DNA from: Sedimenticola sp.
Lineage (GTDB): Bacteria; Pseudomonadota; Gammaproteobacteria; Chromatiales; Chromatiaceae
Assembly (NCBI GenBank): GCA_026984055.1
Contig: JALSSX010000164.1
Location: 1-55,507 of the forward strand
Reading direction: 5' to 3'
Length of the DNA: 55,507 nt
The translations under genes were made by a program, and so were the position numbers. A model generated the notes under the pieces. The model was not told the DNA's origin. It worked only from the letters and a program-made list of their open reading frames with translations, and made no database searches. Of the stretch, positions 47,960-55,507 are shown piece by piece (position 1 is the stretch's first letter; the number at the start of each line of letters is the position of its first letter).

Positions 47960-48703
47960 ATGGATCTGTTGAGCATTGCCGGCATCATCGTCGGTCTGTT
48001 GGCGATCATCGGCGGCAACGCGCTGGATGGCGGCCACGTCGATGCACTGTTGAACGGTCCGGCGATGCTTATCGTCTTCGGTGGCACCTTGGGGGCGATT
48101 CTGTTGCAGACACCGTTGCCGGTGTTTCTGCATGCGATGCGCCAGGCCGGGCGAGTGTTCGTCACCCCCCGCTTGCCGTTGGAAGACTCCCTGAAGAAGC
48201 TCACCGATTGGGCACGGAAGGCACGTCGCGAGGGACTGCTCGGTCTCGAACCCATCGCCAGTAAGCAGACTGACCCGTTCATCCGCAAGGGCATGGAGCT
48301 GCTCGTCGACGGTGGCGAACCCGAAGCGATTCGCGACATGCTGGAGGTCGAATTGGACAGTCAGGAGCAGAACGATCTGATGGCCGCGCGCGTGTTCGAA
48401 AGCATGGGGGGCTACTCCCCGACGGTGGGTATCCTCGGCGCGGTGATGGGCCTGATCCATGTTATGCGTAATCTGGCGGACCCGGCGATGCTGGGGGCGG
48501 GCATCGCCACCGCGTTCGTTGCGACCATCTACGGTGTCGGCCTGGCCAATTTGTTTCTGCTGCCGTTCGCAAACAAATTGAAGACACTGGCGCAGGTGCG
48601 CTCGCGCTATCGCGAGATGGTCATCGAGGGCATCGTCGGCATCGCCGAGGGCGAGAATCCGCGGGCCATCGAGATCAAGCTACGCGGCTTCCTTCACGAG
48701 TGA
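47960..48703 (+). CDS. motA: flagellar stator protein MotA/PomA family (MotC-like position)
   Basis: 247 aa with four TM segments. Follows cheA as in Pseudomonas-type clusters. Confidence 0.85.
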   Translation: MDLLSIAGIIVGLLAIIGGNALDGGHVDALLNGPAMLIVFGGTLGAILLQTPLPVFLHAMRQAGRVFVTPRLPLEDSLKKLTDWARKARREGLLGLEPIASKQTDPFIRKGMELLVDGGEPEAIRDMLEVELDSQEQNDLMAARVFESMGGYSPTVGILGAVMGLIHVMRNLADPAMLGAGIATAFVATIYGVGLANLFLLPFANKLKTLAQVRSRYREMVIEGIVGIAEGENPRAIEIKLRGFLHE

Positions 48704-48710
48704 TCCGATC

Positions 48711-49547
48711 ATGGCGAGACGCAGGAGAAAACATCCCGAGCACGAGAATCTGGAGCGCTGGCTGGTCTCCTACGCGGATTTCATCACCCTGCTTTTCGCC
48801 TTCTTCGTTGTGATGTACGCGATATCTTCGGTCAACGAGGGGAAGTATCGGGTATTGTCCGATACCCTGGTGGAAGCCTTCAACAATGGCGGACGGAATG
48901 CGCCGATCGAGGTCGGCAGCGCGACATCGGCCGACCTGCTTGCCGACAAGGGCGGTGTCGATGCCGGCTTGGTGAACCTGGATGCGGCACTCGTGCATCC
49001 GGAACCCGCCGCGCCGCTACGAACCGGCGATGAAGCGCGCCAGCCGCCGCCGGATGCCAGCCGGGCCTATGATCTGCTACCGGGGATAGAGGACAAGCTG
49101 CGCAAGGCGCTGGGCGGCTTCATCGATCGTGACCTGGTCGAGGTCAGCAACCACGGCGACCGGGTCAGCGTGGATATGAAGAGCAAGATGCTGTTTCGCA
49201 CGGGCAGTGCGGTATTGTCGCTGGATGCCCTGGCGGTACTCGCGAAGATCGCCCGGATACTGGCGCCGGACAGCCATGAGATACAGGTCGAGGGCCACAC
49301 CGACAACGTGCCGATCCGCACGCGACAATATCCTTCCAACTGGGAGCTGTCCGCCGCGCGCGCGGCCAGCGTGGTGCACTTTCTGGCCGGAAAGGGCGTG
49401 GAACCCCGGCGCATGGCGGCGGTGGGCTATGGCGAATACCGGCCGATCGCGGACAACGCCAGCGTGGAAGGCAGGCAGAAGAACCGGCGGGTGTCACTGA
49501 TCATATTGGGCCATGGCGTCGATCCGTCGGCGCCGCAACAGCGATGA
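48711..49547 (+). CDS. motB: flagellar stator protein MotB family (MotD-like), OmpA-like C-terminus
   Basis: 278 aa. N-terminal W.V.YADF.TLL.AFF plug/TM region, and a C-terminal peptidoglycan-binding domain (GHTD..P......SNWELSAARA). Confidence 0.9.
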   Translation: MARRRRKHPEHENLERWLVSYADFITLLFAFFVVMYAISSVNEGKYRVLSDTLVEAFNNGGRNAPIEVGSATSADLLADKGGVDAGLVNLDAALVHPEPAAPLRTGDEARQPPPDASRAYDLLPGIEDKLRKALGGFIDRDLVEVSNHGDRVSVDMKSKMLFRTGSAVLSLDALAVLAKIARILAPDSHEIQVEGHTDNVPIRTRQYPSNWELSAARAASVVHFLAGKGVEPRRMAAVGYGEYRPIADNASVEGRQKNRRVSLIILGHGVDPSAPQQR

Positions 49548-49566
49548 AACATGAGGCAGTCGGGAG

Positions 49567-50388
49567 ATGAATATCTGGGCGGTGGCGAATCAGAAAGGCG
49601 GCGTCGGCAAGACTACCACCACGGTCGCGCTCGGAGGCCTGCTGGCGGCCTGGGGGCTGCGCACCCTGTTGATCGACATCGACCCGCATGGCTCGATGAC
49701 CAGCTATTTTCGCTATGATCCGGAAGCCACTGACGACAGCACCTACTCGATGTTCGATGCATCGGTGAAGCGTTACCCACTCGATCCCCATCGGCTCGTG
49801 CATCCGACCGGCACCGAGGGACTGGGCCTGATTCCATCGGCGATGCCGCTGGCGGCGCTCGAACGTCAGTCGGGCACATTGAAAGGCATGGGCCTGGTAT
49901 TGAAACGCACCCTGAGCGAGTTGCGCGACGACTACGACTACGCGTTGATCGACTGTCCCCCGGTGCTGGGTATCTTGCTGATCAATGCGCTGGCCGCTTG
50001 TCGGCATCTGATCGTGCCGGTGCAGACTGAGTTCCTCGCGCTGAAGGGGCTGGAACGCATGGTGCGCACGCTGCGCATGGTCAACCGCTCGCGGCCCCGC
50101 GCATTGCCACATACCATTGTTCCGACCTTTTTCGACAAGCGCACCAACGCCTCGCGCGAAAGCCTGCATGTCATGCAGACCTCCTACGCCGATACCCTCT
50201 GGCCTGGCGTGATTCCGATGGACACCCGCCTGCGCGAAGCCGCCCGCGCCGGCCTGCCGCCGGCGGTATACGATCCGCGTTCGCGTGGCGCCAGCGCCTA
50301 CGCCGAGCTGCTGGACTTTCTGCGCACCGATACGCGGGCGGTGGCGCAACGGATGCATCCGTCCGGGGCGCGGGCAAGGTCGGTATGA
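49567..50388 (+). CDS. ParA/Soj-family ATPase (chemotaxis-cluster ParC-like)
   Basis: 273 aa. Deviant Walker A NQKGGVGKTTT. Same position after the stator genes as the ParA-like gene of Pseudomonas/Vibrio chemotaxis clusters. Confidence 0.8.
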   Translation: MNIWAVANQKGGVGKTTTTVALGGLLAAWGLRTLLIDIDPHGSMTSYFRYDPEATDDSTYSMFDASVKRYPLDPHRLVHPTGTEGLGLIPSAMPLAALERQSGTLKGMGLVLKRTLSELRDDYDYALIDCPPVLGILLINALAACRHLIVPVQTEFLALKGLERMVRTLRMVNRSRPRALPHTIVPTFFDKRTNASRESLHVMQTSYADTLWPGVIPMDTRLREAARAGLPPAVYDPRSRGASAYAELLDFLRTDTRAVAQRMHPSGARARSV

Positions 50389-50709
50389 CGCCTTGTACGC
50401 GGGTGAGTGGCGTCGTTGTCCCGATCACGCTGATCCCACGGTAACGACTCGGCTCACTGGCATTCACTATCCCAGCGTCGCGGACAGGGGGGTTGGCGAG
50501 GGAGCTTGTGGCTGAGTGATGGCTTGAATCCTTCATCTCTCCTTGCCCGGTGGCGCTGCCCGCCGCCCTCGTGTTCCGTCGGACCTTCAAATATACTGCC
50601 GCGGTAGCCGCGCTTATTGTCGTCCGAACCCGGATGGGCGCGGCGTGAGCGACGCGCTGTTGGAAAACACGCTTTTTCAACGATTGGCACTGTCATATTT
50701 GGGGGCACG

Positions 50710-52050
50710 ATGAGCGATTCCATGCTGATAACCAACGCCAGACTGGTGAACGAGGGTGAGATCCACGAGGCGGATCTGTTGATTCGCAATGGCCGCATCG
50801 CCGCCATTGCGACGGATCTCGATGCGCCGGTGGGCGCCGGGGTATTCGATGCCAATGGCTTGCTGCTGTTGCCCGGCATGATTGACGATCAAGTGCACTT
50901 CCGCGAGCCGGGCTTGACCTACAAGGCGGATATGGCGACAGAATCGCGCGCCGCGCTGGCCGGGGGCATCACCAGCTTCATGGATATGCCGAATACCAAT
51001 CCGCAGACCGTTACCATCGAAGTGCTGGAGGATAAATATGCGCTGGCCCAGGGCAGGGCGTGGGGTAATCATGCCTTCTACTTCGGCGGGACCAACGACA
51101 ATCTGGATGAGATTCGTGGACTGAGGCCCGATCAGACTTGCGGTATCAAGCTCTTCATGGGAGCCTCCACTGGCAACATGTTGGTCGATGATGAGGAAAC
51201 CCTGCGCGGCATCTTCAGCGATGCGCCGATGCTGATCGCGACGCATTGCGAGGACACGCCGATGATCAAGGCGAACGAAGAGCGCTACCGCGCCGAGTAT
51301 GGCGATCAGATTCCGATGCGCTTCCATCCGCTGATTCGCTCGGCCGAGGCCTGTTACAAGTCGTCCTCGCTGGCGATCGAACTGGCTAGCGCCTACGATG
51401 CGCGCCTGCATGTCCTGCATCTGACCACTGCCAAGGAGCTGGAACAGTTCGAGGCGATGCCGTTGGGCGACAAACGCATCACCGCGGAAGCCTGTGTGCA
51501 TCATCTGTATTTCGACGATAGCGCCTATGAACGCCGCGATACCTTCATCAAGTGCAATCCAGCGATCAAGACCGAACAGGACAAGCTGGCGATTCACCAG
51601 GCGCTGGCGGATGGACGTATCGATGTGATTGGCACCGACCATGCGCCGCACACGCTGAAGGAAAAGCTGTCGCCGAGCTACTTCAAGGCGCCGGCCGGCC
51701 TACCGCTGGTACAGCACGCCTTGCCGATGGCGCTGGAGCTGTATCACGACGAGGTGTTAAGTTTGGCTCAGGTGGTGGAAAAAACCGCGCATGCGCCGGC
51801 CGAGTTGTTCGGTATCGTTGATCGCGGCTATCTGCGCGAAGGCTACTGGGCCGATCTGGTGCTCGTCGATATCGACAGCCGGGTGCGCGTCGAGCGGGAA
51901 GCCGTGCTGTACAAATGCGGTTGGTCACCGCTGGAAGGCGAGGTGTTGCGCTCCGAGGTCATCGCGACTTGGGTGAATGGCCAGCCGGTGTACGCGCATG
52001 GCCGGTTCAGTGGCGCGCCGGAAGGGATGCGCCTGGCGTTTCGGCGCTGA
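50710..52050 (+). CDS. pyrC: dihydroorotase (long, amidohydrolase-superfamily type)
   Basis: 446 aa from the ATG at 50710. PGMIDDQVHFREPG, FMG.STG, GTDHAPH. Confidence 0.85.
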   Translation: MSDSMLITNARLVNEGEIHEADLLIRNGRIAAIATDLDAPVGAGVFDANGLLLLPGMIDDQVHFREPGLTYKADMATESRAALAGGITSFMDMPNTNPQTVTIEVLEDKYALAQGRAWGNHAFYFGGTNDNLDEIRGLRPDQTCGIKLFMGASTGNMLVDDEETLRGIFSDAPMLIATHCEDTPMIKANEERYRAEYGDQIPMRFHPLIRSAEACYKSSSLAIELASAYDARLHVLHLTTAKELEQFEAMPLGDKRITAEACVHHLYFDDSAYERRDTFIKCNPAIKTEQDKLAIHQALADGRIDVIGTDHAPHTLKEKLSPSYFKAPAGLPLVQHALPMALELYHDEVLSLAQVVEKTAHAPAELFGIVDRGYLREGYWADLVLVDIDSRVRVEREAVLYKCGWSPLEGEVLRSEVIATWVNGQPVYAHGRFSGAPEGMRLAFRR

Positions 52051-52202
52051 ATGGCGGCTCTCTCATAAGGCTGCCAGTGGTTCGGCTGCAGGATGCCCAA
52101 GGCGGGGCGCTGGAAATACTCCCGGTATTTCCTGCTTCCCCGTGGGGCATGCCGAGGCCAGGTGGCCATGTACTTTCACGCCAGTGCCCGCGTTGTTGGC
52201 CA

Positions 52203-52994
52203 CTACCTTTTGATCTCGATGCCATTCGCGGTTTTGTGTAGCCAGGCGCGAATGCGGCTATCGAGCACATCGTCCATGTCGCTGAAGAAATGGTCGGCGC
52301 CATCGATGCGAATTTGGCGGTATTGCGTGTTGCCGGCCTTGCGCGCCGCGCCGCGGCGCGCGCGGGCGGTCTGCCTGACGATGGGCAGGTCGTCGTCGCC
52401 GAAGATGTCGAAGACCGGGATCTTCAACTTGGCGATGGCCTGCAACACACTGTCGTCCGGGGTGTTGCCACTGGCGGACAGGCCGATGGCGACGAAGGCG
52501 CGTATCGCCCCGGGTCGTTGCCGGGCGAGATAACTCAGGCCCATGTCGGCGCCGAGGCTGTGGCCTATCAGAACGATGTTGAGGATACCGGCGTCTTTCA
52601 GCAGGGCGATGGCAGCGTCGATGCGCGGGCCGGCTTCGGGAATCAGGCGGCGCCAGGCGGATGGCGGCGCGTCACTGGCGGCTACCGGCATCTGTAGCGA
52701 CAGGGTGGTCCAGCCGTGTTCCGCCAGGTCGACGCGCAGTGGCCGGATGATGGTGGCGCGGTTCGGGTCGGCGCCCATGCCATGCAGAATGATCGCCGCG
52801 CCGACAGTTTGCGGGGTGTCGGCCTGGGTGTGGATGGCGAGAAAGTCATGGCTGTTGGCACGCAGGGTGATGGCTTCGCCGATCAGGATACTGTCCTCGA
52901 TTTGTTCGCGGATGCGCGCCTCGCGGCTGTAATCGGCGGCCAGTGAATAGCCCGCGAGGACCAGCAGTATCAGTATCGGCAGCGCATGGCGCAT
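52203..52994 (-). CDS. secreted alpha/beta hydrolase
   Basis: 263 aa from the ATG at 52994. Signal peptide MRHALPILILLVLAGYSLA, nucleophile elbow GHSLG, late D and H (GADHFF). Confidence 0.7.
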   Translation of the reverse strand: MRHALPILILLVLAGYSLAADYSREARIREQIEDSILIGEAITLRANSHDFLAIHTQADTPQTVGAAIILHGMGADPNRATIIRPLRVDLAEHGWTTLSLQMPVAASDAPPSAWRRLIPEAGPRIDAAIALLKDAGILNIVLIGHSLGADMGLSYLARQRPGAIRAFVAIGLSASGNTPDDSVLQAIAKLKIPVFDIFGDDDLPIVRQTARARRGAARKAGNTQYRQIRIDGADHFFSDMDDVLDSRIRAWLHKTANGIEIKR

Positions 52995-52995
52995 G

Positions 52996-55191
52996 TCATG
53001 GCAACTCGTTGACCGCGACACCGGCGATGCCAGTCTCGCCCTGGAAGCCCTTCACCACCACGGTGTAGTCGCCGGGCGCCAGGGTCATCAGGATGGCCGA
53101 TTCCAGTTCGTTATCCGGCGCTAGGCCAACCGCCTGGATCAGGCCTGCCGAAGAGGTGCTGCGCCAGTCGTCGTTCTCGCCGATCTTCTGGCTGCCGGAA
53201 AATACCTCCAGCACAGGGTCTCGCAGCAGGCCGGTCAGTCCAGTGGATCCCATCGTTGGACCGAAGCCGCGTAGCACGACACTCTTTTCGCCGCCGCTGA
53301 TGCGGAATCCGGCGATCAATACCTTGTCTCCGCCATCCACGAAGGCACGTGTGGCGATGGCTTGCAGGCGCATGTTGTCGGGAAGTTCCAGATCATCGAC
53401 GGCGAGTCCGCCGATGCCGGCGCCGCCGTCGCCACCGCGCAGGATGACGGTATAGGGTCCGGCTGGCAGTATCTGGTAGATCGCGGCTTCTTTCGGATCG
53501 TCGAGTCCCAGGCCAGCGTCGATGATGCGCTGGACGTTGGCGGTGTCGCGCCAACTGTCGTTGTCGGCAAGCAGGGTGGGGCCGGAGAACAACTGGATTT
53601 CCGGGTCATTCAGTACGCCGTTGAGACCCGCGTTGGCCAGCGACGGCCCAGCGCCACGCGCGACGATTTTGGCTTCTCCCGTGCCGACGGTTTCGATGCC
53701 GGCAATCACCACGTCGTCGCCGGTGCCAACCCAAGCGCGCGATGCCAGGGTGCTGATGCGCGCTGGATCGCTCGCGTTGCCGCGCAGAATGTTCTCGATG
53801 GCCTTGCCGGTCAGTTCGAAACGTCCGTAGAAGTCGGTGCCGCCACGGTTCGTACAATTGGAGGCGCCGCCCCATAGGGTGCCGACAAGCTGTTTCGTGG
53901 TATTGAATAGCGGGCTGCCGCTGCTGCCGGGTTCGGTGGTGCCGAGGTTCCAGTTGACGTTCAACGGCTTATCCAGGGAAGGGGCGCCGAAGGCATCCGC
54001 GATATCGGTGATGCGGCCGAAACTGATCTTCTTCAGATCGCCGCTGGGGTGATGGATGGCGGTGGCGCTGCTGTTGATGGTCTGACGATCGGTGGTCCAG
54101 GCGGCGAAGCGCGCGCCGTTCGGCGGGGTGTCCAGCAGTTTCATCAAACTGAAATCGGAAAAACCTTCGTGCGCCAGCATTTGCGCACCGCCGGAGCGCG
54201 AGATGACGCTGGTGGGCGCCGAACCGAAGCATTCGGCGCGGCGAAAGAACCAGTAGGTGATCAGCGAGGAGGCGACCGTCTGATCGGAGATGCAGTGCTC
54301 CGCGCTGAGAAACAACGGGGTCTGCGTGCTATTGTCCAGATCATTGATCAGCGTGCCGGTACACAGAAAGCTCTCGCCGTTCTCGACATACACCATCTTC
54401 GCCACGCTGGTGCCAGTCTCGACCCATGTGGCGTCCTGGCAGGCGATGTCTTCCTGACAGAAGCCAGAAGCGTTGAGTTCCTGAAGATCCTTGGTGGTCG
54501 GCAATACCAGCAGTTGTGATACCTCTGAGACCGCCAGTTCGACCTTTGCCGGATCGATGCCGGCTGGCAGGTAGATCTCGACACCGGCGCGCTCGCCCGG
54601 AATCACCGGCGACCAATAGCCAAGATCCGTTGGCTCGTCGGGGTGCGCGCGGAAGTTTTGCCCCAGCAGGTGATGGATCCGTCCGCCGGTTGTCGGATCG
54701 ATGGCCTCGTCGCCGGATTTCGTCTTGCCGTTCGGTGCGTAGAAGCGCAGTTCCGAGCGTGCCGGCAGGGCGATGATCTCCAGCTTGAAGCGGATGCCGA
54801 CAGCGCCTTTCGTGGCGACCTCGACTCGCGCGAAATGGCCGCCGTCGGCGCTGCTCGTCCAGTTCAGTCGTCCCTTTTCCTGGAGGGACTGGGCGGCTTT
54901 CGGGATCGCGCGCGCGATTCCGATACGTATCGCGCCGTCGGGTCGGCGGCCGACCCGACGCTTTTTTGCCGGCGCGGCCGGTAGCTCGATCCGATATGGG
55001 CGAGGCAGCGCTTTTTGCGTGCTGGCGGGTTGCTTCAGATGCGGATCCAGGGCTGTTGCCGCAGCGTCGGCGCGCACTGGCTCGGAGGGAGCGGACAACG
55101 CCATTGCGCCCTTCCACCCGAGTAGACCGCCGATCAGCAGCAGGCAGGCCGGAAAGCGGCGCGTGGCGTGATGCGGGGTAGAATCGTTCAT
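52996..55191 (-). CDS. secreted trypsin-like (S1) serine endopeptidase, lysyl-endopeptidase-like, with two C-terminal tandem domains
   Basis: 731 aa from the ATG at 55191 (GGAAGGA RBS). Signal sequence and pro-region. Catalytic His (CTGTLIN...SAEHC) and Ser (GSSGSP). Two homologous ~120-aa C-terminal repeats. Confidence 0.75.
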   Translation of the reverse strand: MNDSTPHHATRRFPACLLLIGGLLGWKGAMALSAPSEPVRADAAATALDPHLKQPASTQKALPRPYRIELPAAPAKKRRVGRRPDGAIRIGIARAIPKAAQSLQEKGRLNWTSSADGGHFARVEVATKGAVGIRFKLEIIALPARSELRFYAPNGKTKSGDEAIDPTTGGRIHHLLGQNFRAHPDEPTDLGYWSPVIPGERAGVEIYLPAGIDPAKVELAVSEVSQLLVLPTTKDLQELNASGFCQEDIACQDATWVETGTSVAKMVYVENGESFLCTGTLINDLDNSTQTPLFLSAEHCISDQTVASSLITYWFFRRAECFGSAPTSVISRSGGAQMLAHEGFSDFSLMKLLDTPPNGARFAAWTTDRQTINSSATAIHHPSGDLKKISFGRITDIADAFGAPSLDKPLNVNWNLGTTEPGSSGSPLFNTTKQLVGTLWGGASNCTNRGGTDFYGRFELTGKAIENILRGNASDPARISTLASRAWVGTGDDVVIAGIETVGTGEAKIVARGAGPSLANAGLNGVLNDPEIQLFSGPTLLADNDSWRDTANVQRIIDAGLGLDDPKEAAIYQILPAGPYTVILRGGDGGAGIGGLAVDDLELPDNMRLQAIATRAFVDGGDKVLIAGFRISGGEKSVVLRGFGPTMGSTGLTGLLRDPVLEVFSGSQKIGENDDWRSTSSAGLIQAVGLAPDNELESAILMTLAPGDYTVVVKGFQGETGIAGVAVNELP

Positions 55192-55258
55192 GTGGTTTTC
55201 CTTCCTTTTTCGATGGATGTGCGTGCGAAAAGGCCATTCTACAGGCGAGTGCACCTTG

Positions 55259-55318
55259 TGGGGATCTCGAAACATGCCATCCATGGAATTGTTCTCGTTG
55301 CAAAGAGAAAATGCAATA
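55259..55318 (+). repeat. family-C element fragment (left end only)
   Basis: TGGGGATCTCGAAACATGCC...TTCTCGTTGCAAAGAGAAAATGC aligns with 33009..33066. Confidence 0.6.
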
Positions 55319-55507
55319 CCATCGAAGGCTTCACAGAGGGTGACGCGGGCGCCTCTGAGCCGATACCCCTTGCCCTGGCCCTTAAGCTGATACTCCCGGT
55401 TCTTAAACCTGGAAGGTCAGATTCCTGGAGAGGGTGCGGGAGTGGTGCAGACAGAGTATCAGCGCCAGTTCTGCCGTGCTGTGGAGCAGCAGTCGATGCG
55501 CATCGAC

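Noticed and set aside
55391-55507. Partial ORF at the right edge. The plus frame reads ...LEGQIPGEGAGVVQTEYQRQFCRAVEQQSMRID. Alternatively, a minus-strand gene ends at 55403 (...AELALILCLHHSRTLSRNLTFQV*).
   Set aside because: Both frames are open with similar GC3, no start or family signature is visible, and only about 35 codons are available. A hairpin (CAGAGG..CCTCTG, about 55333..55356) slightly favours a minus-strand gene end, but this is not enough for a call.

Overview
GC-rich chromosomal segment with a gammaproteobacterial (Pseudomonas/Chromatiales-like) gene order, almost entirely coding. Left to right: (1) a housekeeping block: rpoZ-spoT-ridA, an IalB-like protein, yjbQ, recG, 4.5S/SRP RNA, dnaX-ybaB-recR and a HIT protein. 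(2) An isolated secreted protein with nine CxxCH heme motifs. (3) A minus-strand, translationally coupled sugar operon: glucose 1-dehydrogenase-like SDR, GH133-type debranching enzyme, GH63-like glucosidase, and a gluconokinase::SMP-30 lactonase fusion. (4) A tungsten module: tupABC-mobA-moeA divergent from an aldehyde:ferredoxin oxidoreductase operon of the AorABC type plus MoaD-like, unknown and MoeB-like genes. (5) slt and ygjP. (6) A large flagellar/chemotaxis cluster: fliLMNOPQR, flhB, flhA, flhF, fleN, fliA, cheY, cheZ, cheA, motAB-type stator and a ParA-like ATPase. (7) pyrC, an alpha/beta hydrolase and a secreted S1 protease. Main non-gene signal: four families of short intergenic repeats. 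Three of them have terminal inverted repeats and co-varying 4-bp YTAR flanks, which is MITE behaviour, and they are often nested into one another. They touch gene expression signals: two stop codons, a sigma-28 -35 box and an operon-internal spacer. Other items: an in-frame TGA in the aorC-like gene followed by 54 sense codons ending in a TGATG junction, and a small coupled ORF ending in GGG next to the E1-like gene. No CRISPR array, tRNA, rRNA or recognisable defence system was seen.
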